Shown piece after piece: positions 43,015 through 56,279 of a stretch of 64,000 nucleotides of DNA. The notes below the pieces were generated by a model that saw nothing but the letters and a program-made list of their open reading frames with translations, made no database searches and was not told where the DNA came from. Source of the stretch: Eledone cirrhosa. Taxonomy: Eukaryota. The stretch lies in assembly GCA_964016885.1 (NCBI GenBank), contig CAXHJY010001209.1, forward strand, positions 1 to 64,000, given 5' to 3'. Positions within the stretch are counted from its first letter, which is position 1, and every line of letters begins with the position of its first letter. A program made the translations under genes and the position numbers.

Positions 43015-43650
43015 GGTGGGTGGTGGTGTGGTGGTGGTGGTGTGGTGGTGGTGATGTGGTGTGGTGGTGGTGATGTGGTGTGGTGGTAGTGTGGTGGTGT
43101 TGGTGATGTGGTGGTGGTGGTGGTGTGGTGGTGGTGGTGTAGTGGTGATGTGGTGTGGTGGTGTTGTGTTGGTGGCAGTGTGTGGTGTTGTGGTGGTGTG
43201 GTGTTGTGGTGTTGTGTTGTGTTGGTGGTAGTGTTTGGTGTAGTGGTGGTGGTGTGGTGTTGTGGTGGTGGCAGTGTTTGGTGTTGTGGTGGTGGTGTGG
43301 TGTTGTGTTGGTGGCAGTGTTTGGTGTTGTAGTGGTGTGGTGTTGTGTTGGTGGCAGTGTTTGGTGTTGTAGTGGTGGTGTTGGTGGCAGTGTTTGGTGT
43401 TGTAGTGGTGGTGTTGGTGGCAGTGTTTGGTGTTGTAGTGGTGTGGTGTTGTGTTGGTGGCAGTGTTTGGTGTTGTAGTGGTGGTGTTGGTGGCAGTGTT
43501 TGGTGTTGTAGTGGTGGTGTTGGTGGCAGTGTTTGGTGTTGTAGTGGTGTGGTGTTGTGTTGGTGGCAGTGTTTGGTGTTGTAGTGGTGGTGTTGGTGGC
43601 AGTGTTTGGTGTTGTAGTGGTGGTGTTGATGGCAGTGTTTGGTATGGCAG
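43015..43650. repeat. GT-rich minisatellite (~33-bp GTTGGTGGCAGTGTTTGGTGTTGTAGTGGTGGT units)
   Basis: Tandem units grading out of a (GTG)n tract. Confidence 0.9.
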
Positions 43651-44056
43651 TAGAGGTTATTGCTACTTTGGTGGTAGTCGTTGTGGTAGTGACAGTCGTT
43701 AGTATTGTGGTAATAACTGTGATGGTGGCCAGGGTTGGATGTGGAGGTCCCGGGGCTCTAAGGTTTGGGGGACCCTTCATACATAAAAAAATGTGAATAC
43801 TCAGCAACGTGAAAAGAAGTGTTTTGTTGAAGAACACAACACACAACCCAGCCGAGGAATCGAAGCCACGACATTATGATCGTAGGTCCAACACCCTTGC
43901 CACTAGGCCAAGCTCCTCCACATTAACGATGGCTGCAGATAATTGTTCGGCCCGACAGCCACAGTATGACTGGGAGAAGTTATTATTTAGGGATTTCCAG
44001 TCTTAAAAAATGTCTTTAATGTAATTCGTACGTTGTGGTCGCCAGAGGAAATCGTT

Positions 44057-44123
44057 ATGCTGCTGCTGCTGCTGCTGCTACTACTACTACTACTATCACT
44101 ACTACTACTACTACTACTACTAT

Positions 44124-44155
<32 letters not shown>

Positions 44156-44257
44156 TAGCTGCTGCTGCTACTACTACTACTACTATAGCTGCTGCTGCTG
44201 CTGCTACTACTACTACTACTACTACTATAGCTACTACTATTACTACTACTACTATAG

Positions 44258-44296
<39 letters not shown>

Positions 44297-44335
44297 TAGC
44301 TACGACTATAGCTACTACTACTACTACTACTATAG

Positions 44336-44400
<65 letters not shown>

Positions 44401-44402
44401 GC
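44057..44402. repeat. (ACT)n/(GCT)n compound microsatellite
   Basis: Triplet periodicity. Confidence 0.95.
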
Positions 44403-44639
44403 ACTCACTACTAACAATACTACCTGCATAAATATTGCCATATCACCAACAATGCAGTAAAGGTAAGACATTGTGTAAGCACTTAAATATAGATTAATCT
44501 TAGCTTACCTTTCATCTTACACAATAAAGAATGTTATTTCTAAAAAGTGGACTTAGCTAAACAACACATACCTCCCGCTTCACGGCAGGAGTATCAACTT
44601 TATTGTCTTTAAACTTGACCGTATAGTTTACATGTACTA

Positions 44640-44701
<62 letters not shown>

Positions 44702-44829
44702 CAAGGATGATTTGTTAAGCCTTCATTACGTTTATTGATTGCTGACGCGCGTTTCGCAATTGATCAGCTCAAGGTTCGATCTGGCCCAACTCTGGAATCA
44801 AAAGCTCGTCGGACCTCTGCTGTTGCAAT

Positions 44830-44901
<72 letters not shown>

Positions 44902-45014
44902 TACATACATATATATTTTTATATATATATTTATATATACCCCCCCCCTCAAGAGCGTGAAACTAATAAACCTTTGTTTGTACTGCCTCTCTCTTTTTGT
45001 TCGCGTTCCAGTTT

Positions 45015-45051
<37 letters not shown>

Positions 45052-45056
<5 letters not shown>

Positions 45057-45243
45057 AACGAGTAGGACCCCGACGGCTGAGCTCAAGCTAAATCTGGACT
45101 AAAATTAGTCCAGAATTAGCCGTCGAAACGGCTTGAGCTCAGCCGTCGGGGTCCTACTCGTTCCTATTAACCACTCTACTACCCTAAGTATTGAGTACTT
45201 TGGTGCGTTATGGTCCATCTGGTTCCTTACCACATTTCCTTCG

Positions 45244-45246
<3 letters not shown>
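45052..45246 (+). mobile_element. Family-X fold-back element (short arm internally deleted)
   Basis: ATAGGAACGAGTAGGACCCCGACGGCTGAGCTCAAGC-TAAATCTGGACTAA-AA-TTAGTCCAGAATTAGCC...CCTTCGTTA. Confidence 0.85.
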
Positions 45247-45278
<32 letters not shown>

Positions 45279-45884
45279 GTATGTATAATACTGAAACGAA
45301 GTCATCGAATGAGACCGATATACCTTAGATCATTTCCCACTGGAAAGCAAAGTGTACACTAATATATAATATTGTAAAAGAACAGAAAACATTATATATA
45401 TATATAGGTTTTTGTACAAGACCAGTAATTTGGGGGAGAGAGGAAAGTAAATTAAACCGACCTTCTACATTACTGGTACCTTATTTTATCGACCCCGTAA
45501 GGATGAAAGTCAAAACAGGATTTGAACTCAGAATGTAAAGGTCCGTAATTCTTTGCTGTAAACCATATTTTCCGGCTCTTTAACGATACTGACAACCCAC
45601 TACCCTAATAGACTCGTATACATAATGATTTCTGGTTTAGACACTAAACCAGAAATTTGGCGGGAGGGGAAAGTCGATTAAATTGACCTCAGTTCATTAC
45701 TGGTACTTTCTATTGATATCACCACTTAACTCTTCATTAAATATATTTTATTGCTTATTTAAAGATTCTGTCATTCACTAGTTCTCTTGAGAATAATATT
45801 CTGACTGGCTTTACCGAAAATAAAAATAAAAAAAAATTAGAATTTCGATCTTTGCTCTAACATAGCGGATACAACGAATTGATA

Positions 45885-46032
45885 CGGTCTGAGTTTACGT
45901 CCCTTTACGATCTGAGTTCAAATCATGTCGAGGTTAACTTTATCTTTCATCCTTACGGTGTCGATAAAATAAAGTACCAGTAATGCACTTGGTAATTGCT
46001 GGCTTTGTGCCAAAAGTAGAAACAATTATTAT
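45885..46032 (+). mobile_element. SINE family A, lying inside a short inverted-repeat pair
   Basis: B box GAGTTCAAATC and family-A body; flanked by GCTCTAACATAGCGGATAC and GTATCCGCTATGCTAGAGC. Confidence 0.8.
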
Positions 46033-46862
46033 TATTCAATATAAAATCACGAATGCATTTACGTATCCGCTATGCTAGAGCGAAAAACGAAAAACGTAAT
46101 TCTAATTTTGTTTTTATGACAAAAGTATTTTGCTCCTTTCATTTCCATGCAATCTTAATAAACTACAGTTTAGCCTAGGCCCGTATCTTTCTAAATTTCA
46201 AGAACCCAATGGTAATACACACCTCTAAAAAAACATAAAATTATGCATTAAGAAAGTTATGAGGAAACAAAATCAGATTTGGGTTACTAAGTGTATGTTG
46301 GCTGCCATTTCTAACAAATGAAGTGACCTCACACAAGCTCCATTGAAATAATGTTTAATCCTTTAAATATTTTAATTACGTCGTTTTTTTTCTTATCAAA
46401 TGATTTCCGGGTTTTTATGTTTTCAACATTAGCGATATGTAAAAACAAAAAAATTAATCATAGAAAACAAAAATTAATCTGTTTCTTAATCAGAAGAGGA
46501 TTTATAACTGCAGTAAACTGTTTAATATATAAATACATATATTTCCTTTACGTATGAAGGATATAAATAAACACTTTTGTGTAGAAATCCCTTTTTAAGT
46601 GTTTACATTTGAAAAGTTTCGTGAAAATTTAAAATGTTATTTCAGTTTCAAATTATTAGGATTAAAATCTAATTACTACTTCACACAGAATACATTTATA
46701 CATTTCAAATACAAACGTAATGTATTAAGATATAAAAAAAATAAACTACTGCAGCTGCAATCAGTTACCCAGTAATACATATTCAAAAATTTAAATATTT
46801 CAGATTTTATACATACATATATATATATTTTTAAAAAATAGAGGTGGAACACACGAGTTGTG

Positions 46863-47178
46863 ATATATTAGTAAAAAGGAAAAGAAAATGCTGACAAATT
46901 TTTCCCAGTGAAAAATAGTTTAATTAGGAATATGTATAAATTAGTAATAAGTATTGGTTAGTCTTCAGTTTTAGTTTTAAGTTTTTACCGGTTGCGTATT
47001 TCTTATGCTTTTCAAAAATAATTTTGAGATAGAGTGCTCGTGATTTTTGCTCTGATCTAGAGTAAAAACTTAAAACTAAAACTGAATACTAACTAATACT
47101 TATTACTAATTTATACTTATTCTTAATTAAACTATTTTTCACTGGGAAAAATTTGTCAGCATTTTATTTTCCTTTTTA

Positions 47179-47187
<9 letters not shown>
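46863..47187. mobile_element. Fold-back element with 126-bp arms and a degenerate hammerhead in the spacer
   Basis: Arms 46863-46988 and 47062-47187 have about 5 mismatches and no indels. Minus strand reads UUGAAAA-GCAU[AAGAA]AUAC-GCAA-CCG-GUA. Confidence 0.85.
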
Positions 47188-47234
<47 letters not shown>

Positions 47235-47604
47235 ATACATTAACAGAGAAAGCTTTAAGCAATACTCCGACCGGCTTCCGTCTCACTCAACAAACATTAG
47301 GATATACCTTAGTATAATCCCAATAATACGTTTGGGGTGCTAACTATACGTATTTTGCGGATAGCCAGTTGTATTATTTTATATGAGACATAATTAAAAT
47401 ACATCTCTCTTTCCAAACGATCGTTTCATTATAAGTTTTCTACAAATTGGGAAAATAATGTCCTGGTTATGTAGAAGCCTACACATAGTCCGTAGGAATA
47501 TATGTAGGTAGGCACTTATAAATCATCAGTGGATGCCCGACATATATATATATATATATATTTAATTAGATAATTAGAAAATGAACAGCGCAATATATAA
47601 CTAC

Positions 47605-47733
47605 TCCATTACCAAAGGTTTCTGGACCCTCAACAGAGACGTCTGAAACCGTTCATCAGAACCTGATTCTGATGAGCGATTTCAGACTTCTCTGTTGAGC
47701 TCGCCTGTCTTCGTGAAGCCTCTGGTAAATGGA
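47605..47733. other. Diverged fold-back made of two back-to-back degenerate hammerheads
   Basis: Plus strand CUGAUGA-GCGA...UCGU-GAAG-CCUCUG-GUA; minus strand CUGAUGA...GAAA-CCUUUG-GUA; inner arms ~30 bp. Confidence 0.55.
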
Positions 47734-47840
47734 ATAATTGTCTCATGATGTTTATTACATAATTAAATAGCTCTGTAGCATACATAGAGCACTCTCCTTT
47801 CCCTTACCCTTCCTACGGAAATACTTCATATATATATATA

Positions 47841-48078
47841 TAACGAAGGAATTGTGATAAGGAACCAGATGAACCATAACGCACCAGACTACTCAATACT
47901 TAGGGTAGTAGAGTGGGTAATAGGAAAATGTTCAAGACCCCGACGGCAGAGCTCAAGCCATTTCGACGGCTATTTCTGGACTAAATTAGAATTTTTAGGC
48001 TAAAAATTCTAATTTAGTCCAGAAAAAGCCGTCGCAACGGCTCGAGCTCTGCCGCCGGGGTCTTGAACATTTTCCTAT
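47841..48078 (-). mobile_element. Family-X fold-back element, reverse orientation, ~79-bp arms
   Basis: Centre ...AGAATTTTTAG-G-CTAAAAATTCT...; tail TAACGAAGG on the left; TA on both flanks. Confidence 0.85.
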
Positions 48079-48362
48079 ATATATATATATACATACGAGG
48101 GTTTGTGTTTGCGTGTACGTATGAATATATGAATGTATATATATATGTAGGTATGTAATACCTCGAAATTGGTCTCTTCTGCAGCACCCACATCAATCTG
48201 GCAACTCCTAACTCTTCTCACAAACAATTAGTAGGGTCTGTTCTCTCATCCGTAACAAGTTCCCACGTTGTCCCAACATATGCCTTACTGCCCTCGGCAT
48301 GTGTTAGAACGCCAACTTATTCAACTGTGACCCATTTAGAACAGTTACTATACACACAGACG

Positions 48363-48435
<73 letters not shown>

Positions 48436-48572
48436 GTCATACACACACACACCACACACACACACACATAGAGAGAGATAGATATAATATACATATAATA
48501 TATATATATAATATAATATAATATAATATAATATAATATAATTGTTTCTACTTTTGGCACAAGGCCAGCAAT

Positions 48573-48604
<32 letters not shown>

Positions 48605-48715
48605 TAATATCCTACCACGATAATCGAACCCTGTGTCCGTGGGTTGCCGAATGACCGCATTACCGATTATAGTAAATAAGTTCTGTTAAACTGAATATCA
48701 ATATAATACTGAACT

Positions 48716-49180
48716 GTATTAGACGAGGATGGAGATATATCTCTCCTGATAGCTACCGTATTAGACGAGGATGGAGATATATCTCTCCTGATAGCTACCG
48801 TATTAGACGAGGATGGAGATATATCTCTCCTGATTGCTACCGTATTAGACGAGGATGGAGATATATCTCTCCTGATTGCTACCGTATTAGACGAGGATGG
48901 AGATATATCTCTCCTGATTGCTACCGTATTAGACGAGGATGGAGATATATCTCTCCTGATTGCTACCGTATTAGACGAGGATGGAGATATATCTCTCCTG
49001 ATAGCTACCATATTAGACGAGGATGGAGATGTCTCTCTCCTGATTGCTACCGTATTAGACGAGGATGGAGATATATCTCTCCTGATTGCTACCGTATTAG
49101 ACGAGGATGGAGATATATCTCACCTGATAGCTACCGTATTAAACGAGGATAGAGATATCTCTCTCTCCTGATAGCTACCG
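48716..49180. repeat. 42-bp minisatellite GTATTAGACGAGGATGGAGATATATCTCTCCTGA(T/A variant)GCTACC, ~11 copies
   Basis: Head-to-tail near-identical units with no spacers. Confidence 0.95.
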
Positions 49181-49487
49181 TACTAGTTGGATCTCTCTCT
49201 CTCTCTCTCTCTCCCTCCCTCTCTCTCTCTCTCTCTCTCCTAATAGCTATGTATTAAACGAGGAAGAAGATGTTTTTCTCTCCTAATAACAAAATGGGTA
49301 TGAAGTTGTTTCTAGCCCTCGTGTGATACGTGTGGTGATTTAATACTGTTAGTTTATCAAGTAAAGCTTTTAAAAGCTTAGTTAATAAATTTGGCAAACA
49401 CTATTTCATACAACCAGTATTGCAGGCGCCAAGCAACTTACGATATGTTTCATTCTCGTGGTAAAAGCTCACTCACTCTCATTCTCC

Positions 49488-49529
<42 letters not shown>

Positions 49530-49644
49530 TAGATAGATATATATATATAATCATCCTTATCGAGCCCACTTCAGATTTTGGGCTTTGTAATTTATTATTA
49601 CTATATCTCTCGTTCTCTCTCTCCATACATATATATATTATATA

Positions 49645-49725
<81 letters not shown>

Positions 49726-50117
49726 CATCTGCCGTTTGTTTGTAATAAGTTTCTAAGTCTATTATTTTGTCAACCCTTCCAGACCCTTGCAATATCATCA
49801 TTAGGAGGGTTCTTCGTTGTCATTTTATAATTTCTTCACCAGATTTTGAATCTTAACGTTGACCGTTCGACTCCCACGCCACATATTACAATTTGGTTCC
49901 CAAATCAACAGCCAGTGTGGTACAAGGCACTCGATTAACATACATTGGGATATGTGACTAATTAACAAATTTGGGGTTTAAATCTTTCAACCAGGTCACA
50001 TATGAAAATGTCATCAATAGATTTTCCTTATCTTTCCTCGGCAGTGCACAGTGCAATGTTTGTTTTAACTAAACATTATGTGTGTCTGTGCGTCTGTGTA
50101 TAAATAAATATGGTTAT

Positions 50118-50182
<65 letters not shown>

Positions 50183-50714
50183 GAGAGAGAGAGAGAGGGA
50201 GAGAGGAAAATATTCAGGACCCCGACGGCTGAGCTCTGGCCGTTTCGACAGCTCATGGTACGTCATGGTCCACCGGGTATCTTACCATACTTTTGTTATA
50301 TATATATATATATATATATATACATACACATATATATGGGTGGGTGTGTGTGTGTTTGTGTATGGGCCGAGAGAGAGAGAGAGAGAGTGGCTACCTACAG
50401 GTTTCTCTTCGGCATGTTCACCAAAATATTCATAGTTATGCTAATGATGTGTGGCAGGAGTCAAAGGAAGGGGTCCTTGGAAAAATTGAGACGATAATTC
50501 TTAGTAGAACCCATATCGATGACAACCATTCCGAGGAAGGATTCGAACTCAGAAGGTGAACAGAAGCAACTAAATACTTTTAAACTATTCTCTGCGATGT
50601 TCAAACCCATTCGGCCAAGGTTTTGACCTTAGAAAAAGACGTTTTAAGAATTCTATGAAGAATTATTGATAAAATAATGGAAATATAAGGAATTCCCTGA
50701 AGATATTGTGTCTA

Positions 50715-51510
50715 TATGTGTATGGCTGTGTATGGCTGTGTATGGCCGTGTGTGTGTGGCTGTGTGTGTGTGGCTGTGTGTATATGGCTGTGTATGAATG
50801 TGTATGGCCGTGTGTGTGTGGCTGTGTGTGTATGGCTGTGTGTGTGTGTGTGGCTGTGTGTGTGTGGCTGTGTGTGTGTGGCTGTGTGTGTGTGTGGCTG
50901 TGTGTGTGTGGCTGTGTGTGTGTGACTGTGTGTGTGTGGCTGTGTGTGTGTGTGGCTGTGTGTGTATGGCTGTGTGTGTGTGGCTGTGTGTGTGTGGCTG
51001 TGTGTGTGTGGCTGTGTGTGTGTGGTTGTGTGTGTGCGTGGCTATGTGTGTGTGGCCGTGTGTGTGTGGCTGTGTGTGTGTGGCTGTGTGTGTGTGGCTG
51101 TGTATATGGCTGTGTATGAATGTGTATGACTGTGTGTGGCTGTGTGTGTATGGCTGTGTGTGTATGGCCGTGTGTGTGTGGCTGTGTGTGTGTGGCCGTG
51201 TGTGTGTGGCTGTGTGTGTGTGTGGCTGTGTGTGTGTGGCTGTGTGTGTGTGACTGTGTGTGTGTGGCTGTGTGTGTGTGTGTGGCTGTGTGTGTGTGGG
51301 CTGTGTGTATGTGACTGTGTGTGTGGCTGTGTGTGTGTGTGGCTGTGTGTGTATGGCTGTGTGTGTGTGGCTGTGTGTGTGTGGCCGTGTGTGTGTGGCT
51401 GTGTGTGTGTGTGGTTGTGTGTGTTTATGTGTTGTGTGTGGCTGTGTGTGTGTGTGGCTGTGTGTGTGTGTGGCTGTGTGTGTTTTATGTGTTGTGTGTA
51501 TGTGGCTGTG
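50715..51510. repeat. GGCT(GT)n compound satellite
   Basis: GGCT/GGCC interruptions roughly every 10-16 bp in a GT run. Confidence 0.9.
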
Positions 51511-51769
51511 TGTGTTTATGTGTTGTGTGTAAGTGTGTTTTATATGTAATGATTTTTATGTACATTCTAGAATAAATACATTCAGCTGTGTATATATATA
51601 TATGTGTGTGTATATGTATATATATATAAATATATGTGTGAATGTACGTATGTGTATAGTATATATATATGCATATATATATATATATGCATATATATAT
51701 ATATACATAGATGAATATACATTCATATATATGTATGTATATATATGGTAATATATATGTATATATATG

Positions 51770-51803
<34 letters not shown>

Positions 51804-51851
51804 TATATATATATACATATATGAATGTAGATTCATATATATGTATGTATA

Positions 51852-51904
<53 letters not shown>

Positions 51905-53294
51905 CACACACACATATATTTATATATATACACATACATGAATGTAGATTCATCTATGTGTATGCATGTATGTATATGTGCTTATGTTCACAGTTGTGTG
52001 TCACAGTATGTATGTGAGCATATATGCGAATGTACACAAACAACAACAACAACAACACCAACAACATCTAGTGTCAATTTCTAACTGACCACATCAATGC
52101 CACCTCATTACTTAAGGTTTCACGTCGATCCAAACACCCTTCACTACCACGCCCCCTCCACCACCACGGCCCCTCCACTCTCTCCACCACCCAATCCCTC
52201 TTCACCAACACTACTCTACCACCACCACCCCTCCACCCCTTCACCACCACGCCCCTCCATCTCCAAGCCCCCTTCACCAACACTACTCTACCACCACACT
52301 CCATCCACCCTCTTCACCACCACCACGCCCCCTCCCACTCTCTCCACCACCTCCAAGCCCCCTTCACTAACACTACTCTACCACGACCTCCACCCCACCC
52401 CTCCACCTTTCCACCCCCTTCACCATGCCCCTCCACCCTCTCCACCACCTCCAATGCCCCTTCACCAACACTACTCTACCACCACACTCCCTCCACCCCC
52501 TTCATCACCACCACGCCCCCTCCACTCTCCCCACCATCTCCAAGCACCCCACCCACCCACCCCACCCCTCTACCACCACACCGCCTCCACCCTCTCCAAC
52601 AGGCAAACTTCACCATATATGTCTACAAAAATCGAACTGGCCTGACCATCCAAAGTCGGTCGTCGTTCAGTGGTCCCCTCCCCTGGCCTAACCTCACATT
52701 GCGATGGTGAAAAATTTGAAGAGAGTAAAGAGAGAGACAGATGACATCAATTTTAAGCAGACTTTCCAACCACTTGTCATTCACATTGCCTATCTGTCTC
52801 TCTCTTTCTCTCTCCCAATTTTTCACCATAGCAATGCTGGTGGGGGGAGGGGGAGTAAATATGTTTCACAACACACACATACATATACAAACACATACAA
52901 ACACATACAAACACATACAAACACACACACACATACATATACAAACACATACAAACACACACACACATTCATATACAAACACATACAAACACACACACAC
53001 ATACATATACAAACACATACAAACACACACACACATACATATACAAACAGATACAAACACACACACACTCACGTATATATATATATATTAGAGACAGAGA
53101 AAGAAAGAAATGGACGTGCGAGGAAGTTATGTATATAATGTACACATACATATATATATATAATTAGTCACAATATATATATATTTATATATATATATAT
53201 ATATAATATATATATATATATTATATAATTAGTTACAATATATATAATTTTATATATAAAATATATATATATAAAATTAGTTACAATATATATA

Positions 53295-53338
<44 letters not shown>

Positions 53339-53389
53339 GTTACAATATATATATATATTTGTATTTGCACCCTTATGGTATGGAAATAA

Positions 53390-53469
53390 GCTGTCTGAAG
53401 ATCTAATTCTTTCCATTGGAAATTCTCTGGATTTCCAATCTTTTGATTAGTGAAACCGTCGGTAACAGC
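53390..53469 (+). ncRNA. Type I hammerhead ribozyme with an extra hairpin in loop II
   Basis: GCUGU-CUGAAGA-U.CUAAU...AUUAG.U-GAAA-CC[GUC]G-GUA|ACAGC. Inner hairpin AUUGGAAAU/AUUUCCAAU. Confidence 0.8.
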
Positions 53470-53597
53470 AATAGAACAGGTGAATATTTAAATCGTTTTT
53501 TAATTTATTTAAAACATTGTTTGATAATTGCTTGCTCCGCTCATTTTTACATATATATATATATATATATATAATTATTTACTATATATATATATAT

Positions 53598-53793
53598 ATC
53601 GGACCGAGGGAACAATGTTTCCGTTGGTCTTTCCAATTGCTAATACTATCTATCGGTCGCAACTCCAGGTAGAAGGAGCAACGTGAAAAAAAAGTGTCTT
53701 GCTCAAGGACATAACGCATCGCCTGGTCCAGGAATCGAACTCACAACCTTACGATTGCGAATCCAATTCTCTAACCACTCCGCCACACGCCTT
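53598..53793 (-). mobile_element. SINE family B
   Basis: Reverse-complement match to the 5847 copy; B box GAGTTCGATTCC. Confidence 0.85.
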
Positions 53794-53830
53794 TATATAT
53801 ATATATATAAATATATATATATATTGTAAC

Positions 53831-53874
<44 letters not shown>

Positions 53875-53895
53875 AATATATATATATATTGTAAC

Positions 53896-53976
<81 letters not shown>

Positions 53977-54230
53977 TATATATATATTATATATATATAT
54001 ATATATGTATATATTATATATATATTATATATATATATATATATTATATATATATATATATATTATATATATATATATATTATATATAATATATATATAT
54101 TATATATATATATATTATATATATATATATTATATATATATATATTATATATATATATTATATATATATATATTATATATATATATAATATATATATATT
54201 ATATATATATATAATATATATATATATATT

Positions 54231-54273
<43 letters not shown>

Positions 54274-54419
54274 TATTATATATATATATATTATATATAT
54301 ATATAATATATATATTATATATATATATAATATATATATATATATATTATATATATATATAATATATATATTATATATATATATAATATATATATATATA
54401 TTATATATATATATAATAT

Positions 54420-54461
<42 letters not shown>

Positions 54462-54465
54462 ATAT

Positions 54466-54498
<33 letters not shown>

Positions 54499-54500
54499 AT

Positions 54501-54553
<53 letters not shown>

Positions 54554-55544
54554 ACAACCCACTGTACAGATGCAAGTACACACACACACTATTTCCTTCT
54601 TGCATGCAAGCATATACGTGTTATTGTGTATATATATATATGTATAACTGTACCACTGTATGTTTGTGCGTGTGCTTTCTTTTTGTCTGTATCTATGTAT
54701 GGGTGTAGTGTGTGTGTCAATAATTATATGTGGTTGTACTTTTATATGTGCTTGCATATGTGTATATATATATGTATGTGTATGTCTATGTGTGTATTTC
54801 TGTGTCTAGCCGTGTATGGATATGTGTATGTGTGTGTGTATATATGTGTATGTATGGTATGTGTGTATGTATCTAAGTGCAGTTGGGCATGCATCCATTA
54901 AAAGTCTACATAGATATTTACATCAAACATCTACGCCTGATTGATCACCTAAAACTTGGTCACAACAAATTATCCCAGACCCAATCAACCAATCAATAAA
55001 CAATACTAATCATGTGATTACCAAATCTGTTGCTAGTGTTGTTGTTGTTGTTTTTAGTGATGTGGTTTCTGTGGTTGTTGTTGTTATTGATATGGCTTTT
55101 ATGGTTGTTGTTCTTACAGTTGTTCTTGTTGCTGTTGTTGTTGTAGTTTTTATTGATGTGATTTTTGTGGTTGTTGTTCTTACAGTTGTTGTTGTTGTTG
55201 TTATTGTTGTTATTGTTGTTTTATTCTGGCTGTTGTTGTTAATGTTATTGTTGTTGTTATTCTTACTATGGCCGTTGTAGTTGATGTTCATGCAATTGTT
55301 GTTGTTGTTTTTATTGTAGGTATTGTTGTTGCTATTGATGTTGTTATTATTTTTCCATCTATTGTTGTTATTGTTGTGGTTGATGTTGTTCTCGTTGTCG
55401 CTGTTGTTATATATGTATATTGGTACTCACATTGATATGTTGATGTTATTGTTGATGTTATTGTTGTTGCCACTGTTGTTGTTGGTAGTGGTGGTATGCT
55501 TTGTGGCATTGAGTTACGGCCCTTTACTCTCTGAGTTGAAGTCA

Positions 55545-55838
55545 ACAGCAACAGCAGCGACAACAACAACAACAACATCAGCAGCAACAGCAACAGCAGC
55601 AGTAAATAACAGCAACAACAGCAGCAACAATAGCAAACAACAGCAGCAAACAACAACAACAATAGCAACAGCAATAGCAACAACAGCAGCAAACAACAGC
55701 AGCAACAATAGCAAACAACAGCAACAAACAACAACAACAACAGCAACAGCAGTAGCAACAACAGCAGCAAACAAGGGTAGCAACAACAACAATAACAACA
55801 GCAACAACAACAGCAACAACAACAACAACAACAACAGC

Positions 55839-55905
<67 letters not shown>

Positions 55906-55920
55906 GCAACAGCAACAACA
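55545..55920. repeat. (CAA/CAG)n triplet repeat, preceded by a (TTG)n-rich tract at 55030-55490
   Basis: Triplet periodicity. Confidence 0.9.
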
Positions 55921-56279
55921 GTAAAGACATAAGTGGAGCTAGAACAACTAAGAAGCTGTCACTGTAAATATGGTGGATGGCATTTAACAGATTCAACACC
56001 GCAAAAATATGTTAGTGTGACGGTATTTGGTAGATCAAAGAACGGTGGTAGGTGATGGTAGGTGATGGTAGATAGGTGAATGGTGGTAGGTGATGGTAGG
56101 TGATGGTAGGTGATGTGTTGTTTCGTTGAGGTACCTTATACTGTGATACATTCCACCCAATACCCACCCGCCTTGGATGCCATCATCATCATCGTGTATG
56201 ATACATGCCAAGGTTTCTAACACTATCAGCATCACCAACACCAATATCAACCTTCAAAAATGTCATCTCCAGCTTTACC

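Noticed and set aside
44738-44775. Hammerhead remnant GAAACGCGCGUC on the minus strand
   Set aside because: The palindromic stem III is present but the CUGANGA core is not intact. Similar weak remnants at ~29720, ~36870, ~36965, ~38460 and ~47270 were also not called.
48716-49180. CRISPR-like array
   Set aside because: Units are contiguous with no unique spacers, there are no cas genes, and the context is eukaryotic.
49990-50030. KSIDDIFIC on the minus strand, resembling the Penelope RT YIDD motif
   Set aside because: The match is too short and flanking RT motifs could not be traced.
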